From Nostoc sp. PCC 7120 = FACHB-418 (lineage in GTDB: Bacteria; Cyanobacteriota; Cyanobacteriia; Cyanobacteriales; Nostocaceae), in assembly GCF_000009705.1 (NCBI RefSeq), contig NC_003276.1, positions 120,001-152,000 on the forward strand: a stretch of 32,000 nt of DNA, read 5' to 3'. Positions 19,673-27,395 of this stretch are shown here, one piece after another. Position numbers and translations under genes: made by a program. A model generated the notes under the pieces. The model ran no database searches. It saw only the letters and a program-made list of their open reading frames with translations, and was not told the DNA's origin. Position 1 is the stretch's first letter; each line of letters begins with the position of its first letter.

Positions 19673-20753
19673 CTTCAATCACCGGATACCGCCGCATCAT
19701 CTCCGCCAAAGCCACTGCCTCACCATCCGCCGTATACACAACTTCCCCCGACATCGCAATCACAATCCTCTGCTGCCTTGCCCAGTCGAACCAAGCGATC
19801 GCATCAGACTTAGCCTGTTGTGCTTCTGGTTTCCTCCTTTCCCTGCAAGCAGCCACAAACACAGCCTCCGGTGACTTAATCCCCTTCCAAGTCCGCACTG
19901 CCTCCTTCAAGTAAGCGATCGCCCCCGGCACATTCGCCCAATACCGCTTAACTGTACGCTGAATCTCCCCATTAAGCCGAAACTTTGGCGTACAAGGAAT
20001 CTCCCTCAACTGCTGCAATATTTCCTGCACTTCCTGTTGACTTGGCTGTACTGACTTTTCTTGTAGATCAGTGTAATCATCACCAGAGTCTTCGTTATGA
20101 AAGCTTGACACGGCGGCGGAAGAATGGCCATCATGATGGTCTGTCTTGCTAGTCGAGTCATCTTGTTCTGGTTCATCAACGAAGTGAGTAACTTGGGATA
20201 ACTCTAACTCTGGGGTTTGACAAATCACTTCCTGCTTGCATTCCAAAATCTCCGGTTTCACTTCCTCACTTTTTTCAAACTCAACAGCACTGTGTTGTTG
20301 TGAAGTGAAGTCTTTGAGAGGGAAGTCTTTGTTATGATCTGCTGTGTGTGAACAGATCGATATGTCCAAATTGCTCACATCGATCTGCTGATTTTGACAA
20401 ATGCGATTCCACAAGGCTTGTACGTTCTCGACGTTAACCGTGAACCAGTTCGCCTGATACCATGTCTTTTCACTATGACGGCAGACATCAATCAACTTAA
20501 AATTGTCCCTCAAGTTAGCGATCGCTCGTCTGATGGCAGAAGGCTTGAGAAACGGTAGAGTTTCGCCCCAATCTTTGAGCGTCTTCCAAAACCAGCGTCT
20601 ACCATCACGTTTGATGTGTTTGGAGATTTGACAGAAGTAATGAATCTGCTGGAGTATCATTGCTTCGGTTAAACCAATCTCTACGGCTAATAGTGGCGGA
20701 ACCAAGAGAGGGGATTCTGGAGTGATTAATTTACTAGTCATATTTTTACTCAA
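19638..20753 (-). CDS. Mobile-element protein: N-terminal winged-helix replication-organiser/DnaD-like domain plus a conserved C-terminal domain of unknown function
   Basis: 371 aa. The N-terminus (LLAVEIGLTEAMILQQIHYFCQ....DGRRWFWKTLKDWGETLPFLKPSAIRRAIANLRD..LI) fits the pattern of phage/plasmid replisome-organiser wHTH domains. This is recognition by pattern only. An acidic linker follows. The C-terminal 125 aa are duplicated at 15612..16025. Confidence 0.6.
   Translation of the reverse strand: MSKNMTSKLITPESPLLVPPLLAVEIGLTEAMILQQIHYFCQISKHIKRDGRRWFWKTLKDWGETLPFLKPSAIRRAIANLRDNFKLIDVCRHSEKTWYQANWFTVNVENVQALWNRICQNQQIDVSNLDISICSHTADHNKDFPLKDFTSQQHSAVEFEKSEEVKPEILECKQEVICQTPELELSQVTHFVDEPEQDDSTSKTDHHDGHSSAAVSSFHNEDSGDDYTDLQEKSVQPSQQEVQEILQQLREIPCTPKFRLNGEIQRTVKRYWANVPGAIAYLKEAVRTWKGIKSPEAVFVAACRERRKPEAQQAKSDAIAWFDWARQQRIVIAMSGEVVYTADGEAVALAEMMRRYPVIEDGRTVARKSWG
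19680..20054. repeat. Direct repeat copy B (375 bp), partner at 15621..15995
   Basis: See copy A. The copies are 4059 bp apart and bracket the mrr + KAP cassette. Confidence 0.9.
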
Positions 20754-20772
20754 TGTCTAAATTACTCAAGTT

Positions 20773-21573
20773 CTAAAACGGCATATTTTCTTGGTCTTCC
20801 TCTGGAGCTTGTGACCAAAATTCTCGAAGTGCTTGGAGTTTCGCGGCTTGCAACCGTTGTTTTTCTTCGGGCGATACTTCACCGACTAACTGCGCTACTT
20901 CAGAGCGTTGATTCTGCTTCATCTGCTCGGTACTGATGGCGGGGAGTGCCACTGGTTCCGCTTGACCTTGCTGGGAGGGGCGGAAACGACGGCGACGGTA
21001 CAAAAAACGAAAGTGGCGTTGATCTTGTGGAGGTAGCGATCGCCATACTTCGGCATCCCAGCCGGGGGGAATGAAGTCAGATGATGGTGGCAGCAGGGTT
21101 TGAACTTGCGCTTGCAGTTGTGCGATCGCCTGACCTTGTGCTTCAATTACCTTGTTCTGCTGTTCAATTGTTTCTAACAGTTGTGACAATAACTCTTGGG
21201 ACTGTGGGGCTAACTCTGCCTCACGGGTTTTCACTGCAAAGTAATTCTGCGCTGCTGCTATCTCTGGTTTACGTGAATCCCCATTCATGGCTGTGAGGTA
21301 GCAACCATGACGAGAAAGCTTGAAATCATCTCCCGGCCTGCCTCCAGTACTTTTTGCCGGCATTGGCAAAAAGTGGTTCTCGCTCTCTTGACCGATGTTT
21401 TTACAAGCGGCGATCGCTCTATTTATGGCATCTTCAAGTCTTCGCCATTGCTGATAACCCAAAATAGGCATTAAATCACGGGCTAACCAATACTCAGTAC
21501 CGTCATCATCAATTTTTCTGATTTGGTCAAATGGGCTATCAGTATTAGATTGGGCTGATGTGATTGCATTCAT
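20773..21573 (-). CDS. BRO-N / DinD-like (DNA-damage-inducible protein D family) phage-associated DNA-binding protein
   Basis: 266 aa. FDQIRKIDDDGTEYWLARDLMPILGYQQWRRLEDAINRAIAACKN....HF ... FKLSRHGCYLTAMNGDSRKPEIAAAQNYFAVKTREAE closely follows the E. coli DinD / BRO-N pattern (..W.AR.L...LGY..........A...C........HF ... LSR.ACYL...NGD..KP.IAA.Q.YFA..TR). Confidence 0.75.
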   Translation of the reverse strand: MNAITSAQSNTDSPFDQIRKIDDDGTEYWLARDLMPILGYQQWRRLEDAINRAIAACKNIGQESENHFLPMPAKSTGGRPGDDFKLSRHGCYLTAMNGDSRKPEIAAAQNYFAVKTREAELAPQSQELLSQLLETIEQQNKVIEAQGQAIAQLQAQVQTLLPPSSDFIPPGWDAEVWRSLPPQDQRHFRFLYRRRRFRPSQQGQAEPVALPAISTEQMKQNQRSEVAQLVGEVSPEEKQRLQAAKLQALREFWSQAPEEDQENMPF

Positions 21574-21678
21574 ATTGACTCCAAATTTTGACGCATGGAA
21601 CTCTCACCCAACGCTCAGGCTGGGTTTTTGTTTTGTGGGCGTTCGGCAATCGATGTCTAAAAAATCACAATCTACGGC

Positions 21679-23313
21679 TTACAACAGGCGCAACTCATCT
21701 TTGAAATAGCGGTCATTCTTTTTCGGTTTGTCTTGCCAATGCTCCCAAGCCACCCAAACCTCATCACCCAAATCCTCAATAACTTCACCCCTGGCGTTAT
21801 ACAAAGCACAGTAAATGTCGGCATGGGCAACGATAGAACCAAGGCCAATCACTTCAGAAGAACCAGACTCGGCAGGGGTTTCTTCAAGAACCATTGGTTC
21901 CGCAATGAGTGAGGATTCGGTTTTCTCCAAAGCGGTGATTAGCTCTGTCTCTTCTGTGGTTAACTCTGCCCAGTAGTCGTTTTTGATAACCTCGTATTCT
22001 TGGGCGACTGCAAGATACTCCATCCATGTACACCCAGGTTTAGATAACACCGCCCGAATATCGCTCACTGCTTGGGGAATGAGTTGCAACTGTTCGGCAC
22101 GATATGCGATCGCAGATGGTGTCGGCTCACTTCCCAAAATCAAGGCCGCAGCTTGCAGAGCTTGGGTGTTGTTCATGGCGCTGGCAAGATTCCCCAAAGC
22201 TATACCCATGAGCCGTAAGCACTCCTGAGCGTTTTCCTTGGGTGGTTCTTGTGCCAGCAATCGCAAGTCAATAGTTTTATCTAGAGCTTGTTTAACCCCT
22301 TTGTTCAGTGCTTTAGTCGCCTGTTTGGTAAGAGTATTGCCCCATTCTTGAGCAGGACGTTGTTGTACAGCATTTTCTAGTTCCTGAATACGCTGCTTGA
22401 GTTGTTGGTTATCGTATTCCAACTGCCTCAAGGCTTCCATCTCGTCCAAGCGTTGCTGTAGCCGGATGTTTTCTTCCTTTTGTTGCTGAAACAGGTTTTG
22501 TAATGCGGTCAGTTGTTCTTGAACTTGTTCCTCGGCTTTGGTGTTGGCTTCAGACTGTATACCAATCCTCAGTTCTTGTTCCAGCCGTTCGAGTTCCTGT
22601 TGGTGCTGCTGTTTGAGTGCGCCAATCGCTTCAGCGTATTCTGGGGGAAGTGTTCTCTCTCTGGGGAAAGGAACACTCTTGGCATCCAAATCGGCGTTAT
22701 TGAGCAGTTCCTTAGTACCATCAGCAAAAGTTACAATCTGCTGCCAGTGGTTCGGGGGGTCTGCTTCGATTGTTCCTGATTCTCCATGTCTGTGGTGAGT
22801 TGGTGACGTAACCTTGACTGTGGCAAATTCAGGAACCATTGGTTCTTGAATTTTAGGAACCACTGGTTCCTGAGTTTTTTGACGTGGGAGCCGGGGAACC
22901 ACTTTTTGAGCCGCAGCAGCAAAGTCTGATTCGCTGGGTGAGGGATTCTCTTGAAGTGCGATCGTCACAGCCTGTTTTAGTTTCTCTGGTTCCTTGGCTA
23001 AACGAAGCAAGGGACGGGCTTGACGCTCATTCTTAATGTGCTGTCCCAGTTCGCCTACTGTGTCGATAACTCTCTTTGCACCCAACAGTTGGGTGATTCG
23101 TCGGTAGCCACCCCAGGCGGATAGTTCACGCTGGCAGTATTCTTTAAAATCAGCGTAGCCAGCTTCAAGGTAAAGTTCTTGATCACGCATCTGGAGAATC
23201 TCGCCTACAGCCTGCCACTCAAAACGGTCAATGGCAGTAAACGTTTCTTTGATGCCGGAGTTGAGAATACTATAGCTGGGTGCTGATGTTGTTTCACGGT
23301 CTAGTGTCAGCAT
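21679..23313 (-). CDS. Hypothetical protein with a Q/E-rich central coiled coil; the N-terminus may be a ParB/KfrA-like DNA-binding domain
   Basis: 544-aa ORF in the same operon orientation as the XRE, BRO and replication-like genes. The coiled coil reads QQHQQELERLEQELR...LQNLFQQQKEENIRLQQRLDEMEALRQLEYDNQQLKQRIQELENAVQQ. I found no catalytic motif. Confidence 0.65.
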   Translation of the reverse strand: MLTLDRETTSAPSYSILNSGIKETFTAIDRFEWQAVGEILQMRDQELYLEAGYADFKEYCQRELSAWGGYRRITQLLGAKRVIDTVGELGQHIKNERQARPLLRLAKEPEKLKQAVTIALQENPSPSESDFAAAAQKVVPRLPRQKTQEPVVPKIQEPMVPEFATVKVTSPTHHRHGESGTIEADPPNHWQQIVTFADGTKELLNNADLDAKSVPFPRERTLPPEYAEAIGALKQQHQQELERLEQELRIGIQSEANTKAEEQVQEQLTALQNLFQQQKEENIRLQQRLDEMEALRQLEYDNQQLKQRIQELENAVQQRPAQEWGNTLTKQATKALNKGVKQALDKTIDLRLLAQEPPKENAQECLRLMGIALGNLASAMNNTQALQAAALILGSEPTPSAIAYRAEQLQLIPQAVSDIRAVLSKPGCTWMEYLAVAQEYEVIKNDYWAELTTEETELITALEKTESSLIAEPMVLEETPAESGSSEVIGLGSIVAHADIYCALYNARGEVIEDLGDEVWVAWEHWQDKPKKNDRYFKDELRLL

Positions 23314-23486
23314 AATGATTGCTCACTATTTGGTAAATGCACAAAAACAGTCGCGCACGCATAACCAAAGTGAACATTGATGCTGATCTTGGGGTTACAC
23401 CAAAAATGTGTCAGCATTATAGTTAGCTCACTTTGTTGTCTAACGATTTGAGTAGGCGATCGCGTTGCTTGCCGGCGGCGATCGCT

Positions 23487-23819
23487 TTATGCTGCTATAT
23501 CCTCTGCTTGGGATTTCTCAACTTTAGATTTTAAGTATTCTTTGACAGGAATAGGTTTAGGTTTGTTTGGTTTGTCTCCTGTAATTGTGCTGTTTGTATC
23601 GTCATCGGGAATAAAGACAATTAAATCTCCTGGTTGGCATTCAAGCGCAATGCAAAGGCCATTAAGCCTTTCCGCCGTTAATCGAGGCATTTCATCCGTT
23701 CGTCTTAATCTGTGAACGGAATTTTCGTCAATTCCTAAAGCTGCTGCTAAATCTTTATTCCTGATCCTTTTCTTTGCCATTATTTCGTTTAACCTCCAAG
23801 CAATCATTCGCTTGCCCAT
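23487..23819 (-). CDS. XRE-family helix-turn-helix transcriptional regulator (candidate element repressor)
   Basis: 110 aa. LNEIMAKKRIRNKDLAAALGIDENSVHRLRR......LTAERLNGLCIALECQPGDLI is a typical Cro/C1-type HTH. GGAGG lies about 7 nt upstream of the ATG at 23819. It is divergent from the rightward operon. Confidence 0.85.
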   Translation of the reverse strand: MGKRMIAWRLNEIMAKKRIRNKDLAAALGIDENSVHRLRRTDEMPRLTAERLNGLCIALECQPGDLIVFIPDDDTNSTITGDKPNKPKPIPVKEYLKSKVEKSQAEDIAA

Positions 23820-23928
23820 ATAACACCTCCATTAGTTTAATCTCCACGTTGCATAGATAAATCGGCTTTTGAAATCTAATTACTACACAATACCACATAT
23901 AAATAAAACTACGATTAGCTTTAAATAA

Positions 23929-23945
23929 ACTACTCCAGAAGTAGT
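23929..23945. promoter_or_regulatory. Candidate operator 1 (6-5-6 palindrome ACTACT ccaga AGTAGT)
   Basis: Perfect inverted repeat with the same CTAC-N7-GTAG geometry as the site at 23974-23990. It lies in the divergent XRE / rightward-operon control region. Confidence 0.4.
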
Positions 23946-23963
23946 AAAAACTATTTTAAATGC

Positions 23964-23992
23964 TTGACTTTACCCTACGGCTGACGTAGGAT
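23964..23992 (+). promoter_or_regulatory. Sigma70-type promoter (TTGACT-17 nt-TAGGAT) with embedded candidate operator 2 (CCTACG gctga CGTAGG, 23974-23990)
   Basis: TTGACT at 23964-23969, an exact 17-nt spacer, then TAGGAT at 23987-23992. The palindrome fills the spacer and overlaps the -10 element. Confidence 0.5.
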
Positions 23993-24240
23993 AATAATTA
24001 CGACAGAGGATAACAGTGCAATGCCTCTGCGATAAACAAAAACCGCACTCATGACAGAACCTTGAAAACTAAGTGCCATTAAGGCATCAGACCAACCAGA
24101 AGCAATCCATAATAAACTTCTGCATCAATGTGTCCGTGTCTTGATAAGACTCAATTCTTACTTACTGGCTTTGACTTTATGGCTACGCCAAATTTGTGTG
24201 AGTGCGTTGTGGCTTCCCCACAACATTAGTACCTAAAAAC

Positions 24241-24283
24241 AAAGGCGATCGCTCGGTCTGGACAACTTCTGCGATCGCCTTTT
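24241..24283 (+). terminator. HIP1-based hairpin (12-bp perfect stem, 18-nt loop, T run), terminator- or attenuator-like, just upstream of the first rightward gene
   Basis: aaaggcgatcgc (24241-24252) pairs with gcgatcgccttt (24271-24282), followed by t. An A-tract lies upstream. Confidence 0.4.
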
Positions 24284-24306
24284 ACCCTTTAGTAAGGATC
24301 TTAATT

Positions 24307-25203
24307 ATGACCTACATTGCACATAGACAGCAACCTGTTAGCGAACAAACCCTAGCCCAAGCTGAACTCGACCTGCACATCGTAGACCAAGCCCAAGCCG
24401 TAGCACCAGAAGACCTAACCACAGTCGAGATTAACCGCCACCACTACGAAATTTACGCAGGCAAACGACTCATCGCATATATTACATACGACAACACCGA
24501 CTTCGTAACCCAACGCTGGGTGGTCATGGTTAACGGTGAAGAAAAGTTTCGTCATAATACCCAAGCATGGTGCTTCCGCTTCATCGACTGGCATCACAAG
24601 GACGGGACGCTCAACCCAACAGTCTCAGGCGAAATTCCAGAAGTCCCCACAATTTCCAAAATCTGTTTCTACGATCACGAAGCCCTCGTTGATGGTGAAT
24701 TAGTAGCCAGTATCAGCTTTGACTCAGAGAATCACGAAGACTTATACTGGCGAGTCCTGGTCAACAACATCGAGATTTTCCGCGACACAACACCCGCCAG
24801 ATGCCACAGTTATGTGAAACAGCAATACCAGCAAGGCACTTTACCAGTACAACAGCCATTTGTAGAACCCTGTACCACTGGCAATGAAATCATGGTGCAA
24901 ATTGCCGATGAATGCGAGAAGCACGGGCTGGAACTGTTGGACGATGGGATTTATCGCAGTGATGTGAGATTGGGAGAAGTCGGTTGCACAGATAACCAAT
25001 GGTGGGTTATCCGCACCGGAGAATCCCAGGAAAAAATACCCTGTGACTCCGCGATGGATGCTGTGTATTGGCTGTCAATGGTGGATGCTATTGAAGCTAT
25101 GGACTGCGAACAATTGCTAGACCTGCCGTTTGATATGTTAACGGCTCACGACTGGCAGAGGCTTTTGGAGTATCAGCCACATTCTGATTTAGTCGCGGCT
25201 TAA
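24307..25203 (+). CDS. Hypothetical protein with an internally duplicated module of about 58 aa
   Basis: I prefer the start at 24307 (MTYIAHRQQ), which has AAGGA 8 nt upstream, over the track start at 24202, which would run through the hairpin. Repeats: HHYEIYAGKRLIAYITYDNTDFVTQRWVVMVNGEEKFRHNTQAWCFRFIDWHHKDGTL versus DHEALVDGELVASISFDSENHEDLYWRVLVNNIEIFRDTTPARCHSYVKQQYQQGTL. Confidence 0.7.
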   Translation: MTYIAHRQQPVSEQTLAQAELDLHIVDQAQAVAPEDLTTVEINRHHYEIYAGKRLIAYITYDNTDFVTQRWVVMVNGEEKFRHNTQAWCFRFIDWHHKDGTLNPTVSGEIPEVPTISKICFYDHEALVDGELVASISFDSENHEDLYWRVLVNNIEIFRDTTPARCHSYVKQQYQQGTLPVQQPFVEPCTTGNEIMVQIADECEKHGLELLDDGIYRSDVRLGEVGCTDNQWWVIRTGESQEKIPCDSAMDAVYWLSMVDAIEAMDCEQLLDLPFDMLTAHDWQRLLEYQPHSDLVAA

Positions 25204-25215
25204 TTCTTACGTATG

Positions 25216-25245
25216 GCGATCGCTCTTTGTTCGATGAGCGATCGC
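25216..25245 (+). terminator. HIP1-based hairpin 13 nt after the stop of 24307..25203
   Basis: gcgatcgctc (25216-25225) / loop tttgttcgat / gagcgatcgc (25236-25245), a perfect 10-bp stem. There is no clean T run afterwards. Confidence 0.4.
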
Positions 25246-25280
25246 TTCCCTTCATACCTTTATCATCACTAATCACAAAT

Positions 25281-25607
25281 ATGCAACCCACCATCAGCAT
25301 ACCCCAAGGCTGGGATTACCCACGATTCACCCTTGGTCAACGGACAAAGCAAGGGCTGATCATCGGCATCCAATACTACCCAGTCAATACTTTACTGGCG
25401 CATGAATACGGTGCAGGCTGGCGTTATTTTATTTTGACTGACAAAAACTCTGAAGAAGTCCGGTCTTATTTCGATGACCAAATCCAACAGCTTTCTGTGG
25501 CAGAACTTCAGGCGCAGATACAGGCGGAAGTTGAAGAGCATCAACAGCAAATCAAAGGACTTCAACAGCAATTAGCAGTGATCAGGGGAGGGTCAAGCGA
25601 TGGCTAA
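25281..25607 (+). CDS. Hypothetical protein (108 aa)
   Basis: I prefer the start at M19 (MQPTISIPQGWDY) because the track start at 25227 lies inside the hairpin at 25216-25245. The segment GQRTKQGLIIGIQYY......GAGWRYFIL resembles segments of the 27647..28105 product. Confidence 0.6.
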   Translation: MQPTISIPQGWDYPRFTLGQRTKQGLIIGIQYYPVNTLLAHEYGAGWRYFILTDKNSEEVRSYFDDQIQQLSVAELQAQIQAEVEEHQQQIKGLQQQLAVIRGGSSDG

Positions 25608-25680
25608 AGCAAAGAAAAACGCCTCTGATTTAACTGCTACGAATTTGTTGTATTCCTTGCGTTGCCGTGGAGGTTCAAAC

Positions 25681-25713
25681 CAATTCGCAATTCGCAACTC
25701 GCAATTCGCAATT
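25681..25713. repeat. Heptamer tandem array (TTCGCAA-type, about 4.7 units), left arm of an inverted pair
   Basis: caa ttcgcaa ttcgcaa ctcgcaa ttcgcaa tt. Confidence 0.85.
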
Positions 25714-25828
25714 ATTATCAGCAAGAACTTGGCTTAATTAAGATGATCCTCAATTTATAGCCTAAATTTCATTTGCACAACGCAATTTGTTTTGACTTGT
25801 AACTTGAATAACTGATGAATTGGATTTA

Positions 25829-25860
25829 CAAATTGCGAACTGCGAATTGTGAATTGTTGA
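25829..25860. repeat. Heptamer tandem array (TTGCGAA-type), reverse complement of the array at 25681-25713
   Basis: ttgcgaa ctgcgaa ttgtgaa ttgttga. The reverse complement matches the left array at 23 of 26 positions by hand alignment. Confidence 0.8.
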
Positions 25861-25991
25861 TCTGTGGTTTTGTGTTGGAACTTATCGAGCAAACGTAAGG
25901 AGTATTCAGGAGCCAAAGCAATTAAAAATCATAAACATTTTGGTTCCTGACTCTTAATTATCAACAAGTACAAGCAATAGGAAATAGTGTC

Positions 25992-26198
25992 ATGAGCGAA
26001 GGTGAAGTTAGCCTAATCGATTTAGTTAGTGTCACTCAATATTTGTTATCCCAAATTGAGAAACATCCAGACTTTCTCAAACTGGAATACTACCCAGATT
26101 TAACAATTGGTGATGCTAAAACCGCACTGTCCTATATCAAATATGAGCTAGAGAACGAGCAACAGTTATCTGCTGCTACTACCAAGGCTTTTGATTAG
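25992..26198 (+). CDS. Hypothetical small protein (68 aa)
   Basis: ORF in operon orientation, followed by the hairpin at 26207-26237. No recognisable motif. Confidence 0.5.
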   Translation: MSEGEVSLIDLVSVTQYLLSQIEKHPDFLKLEYYPDLTIGDAKTALSYIKYELENEQQLSAATTKAFD

Positions 26199-26206
26199 AA
26201 GAAACT

Positions 26207-26237
26207 ATCGCCTGAACGAGTGCTTATTTCAGGCGAT
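26207..26237 (+). terminator. Hairpin after the 68-aa ORF (10-bp perfect stem)
   Basis: atcgcctgaa (26207-26216) / 11-nt loop / ttcaggcgat (26228-26237). No T run. Confidence 0.3.
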
Positions 26238-26307
26238 CGCAGTTAGCAATAGAATCTTCTAGCAGAACTTGTATTTTCCCATACTCAGCAAATTTTAGAG
26301 GTTAAGA

Positions 26308-27120
26308 ATGAATAACGAAATCAAACTAGGTCTATGCAATCCACCAGAACCCCTCTATCTATATGTAAAAAATGGGGAGTTAAGTGGTGAATCTTATCTC
26401 TGGTATCACTTCGACATTGAGAAAGAAAAAACCATACCTGTGCATCAGAAAGGTTTAACTGGTTACTTGTCAGAACTGCGAGTAACAGCAAAAGAGTATA
26501 GGGGGAAAGATAACGTTAAGCTTGACATTGTTATTGCCGCAGATGAAGTTTACATCATCCGCACTGGCATTGAAACCAACTTTGCGAAGACATTTTTACT
26601 CGCAGCATCTCAAGTTTACGACTTTTCCAAACCTCTAATTATTGCTGCTACAGCCGGAGACGAGAACGTTGTGTTTTGCCGATTATATGATGCAGCAACA
26701 AAAGTAAGAATACGCCGTGAATGGAATCCTCATGCTGATTGGGCATCACTTATTGCTGAAATTCAATCAAGATTAGGGGGCATATCTTCATCTGTTGGAC
26801 TAGCACCAGAACAGCCCCCGCATCCCCAGGATTTGCGGGTGAAGTATATTCGCACTTTGTTAGATTATCCGCTTGATTTAGTCAAAGAGTTTCTGCAATT
26901 TCAAGATGCGACTAGCCCAGGGCAATTACCTGTAAGTAAAGTGGATGCTCTCATCAAAAATATGTGTTTCGCCTGGGCTGCTAATTACATTGATAACCCT
27001 AATGAAGCTGAGTCTTCATATCAACAAGTGATTAATGCTGTAGCAAATGGGGATGATGAATTAACAGCAATTAATCAATGGATGCAGCAAATACAAGGGG
27101 GTACGACTGGGACGGCTTAG
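26308..27120 (+). CDS. Hypothetical protein (270 aa)
   Basis: Long ORF with GAGG about 8 nt upstream of the ATG. No motif I can name. Confidence 0.7.
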   Translation: MNNEIKLGLCNPPEPLYLYVKNGELSGESYLWYHFDIEKEKTIPVHQKGLTGYLSELRVTAKEYRGKDNVKLDIVIAADEVYIIRTGIETNFAKTFLLAASQVYDFSKPLIIAATAGDENVVFCRLYDAATKVRIRREWNPHADWASLIAEIQSRLGGISSSVGLAPEQPPHPQDLRVKYIRTLLDYPLDLVKEFLQFQDATSPGQLPVSKVDALIKNMCFAWAANYIDNPNEAESSYQQVINAVANGDDELTAINQWMQQIQGGTTGTA

Positions 27121-27194
27121 GGACATTTATAGGAGTCATAAATCAGAGTGTTTGTGGCTCTTATTCCTACTTATTAAGTACACAGTATTTAACC

Positions 27195-27389
27195 ATGAAA
27201 GTCATCGTTACTGTCGTTGAAACCATCACTAGTGAAGCTCACGTAGATATCCCAGATGAGTTAACCCAAGAAGCAATCAAGGAAGAAATTGTTAGTCGAT
27301 ATAACAGTGGTCAAATAGCAACTGATTTCAATATTGCTCAAGTCGATTTTGTATCTATCAGCGCACAGATTATTACGCAAAACGGGTAG
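27195..27389 (+). CDS. Hypothetical small acidic protein (64 aa)
   Basis: I prefer the internal start MKVIVTVVETITSE. The track start at 27078 overlaps the previous gene by 43 nt. Confidence 0.45.
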   Translation: MKVIVTVVETITSEAHVDIPDELTQEAIKEEIVSRYNSGQIATDFNIAQVDFVSISAQIITQNG

Positions 27390-27395
27390 AGGCGT

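Noticed and set aside
20919-22922. Short ORFs 20919..21146(-), 21081..21296(+), 21983..22228(+), 22513..22779(+), 22538..22798(+), 22731..22922(-)
   Set aside because: They are nested in alternative frames of the BRO-like and 544-aa genes. Their composition is biased and no motifs are present.
24202-24306. Upstream extension of the 333-aa track ORF (MRCGFPTTLVPKNKGDRS...)
   Set aside because: It would be translated through a 7-bp hairpin and a 12-bp HIP1 hairpin. The ATG at 24307 has an AAGGA ribosome-binding-like motif upstream.
25097-25300. 67-aa minus-strand ORF, and the 25227 start of the 126-aa ORF
   Set aside because: Both run through the terminator-like hairpin at 25216-25245. The internal start at 25281 is more plausible.
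25661-25690. tRNA T-loop-like GGTTCAAAC sequence
   Set aside because: There is no complementary T-stem, acceptor stem or anticodon arm around it. It merges into the heptamer array.
25600-25737. 45-aa ORF (MAKAKKNASDLTATNLLYSLRCRGGSNQFAIRNSQFAIIISKNLA) overlapping the upstream stop
   Set aside because: Its C-terminal half is simply the heptamer repeat array translated. It probably owes its openness to the repeat, so I did not call it.
25681-25860. Possible CRISPR array
   Set aside because: The repeats are 7-nt tandem units with no spacers, and the two blocks are inverted relative to each other. This is not CRISPR architecture.
27078-27194. Upstream extension of the 103-aa track ORF
   Set aside because: It overlaps the end of the 270-aa gene in another frame. 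The internal ATG at 27195 gives a compact acidic protein.
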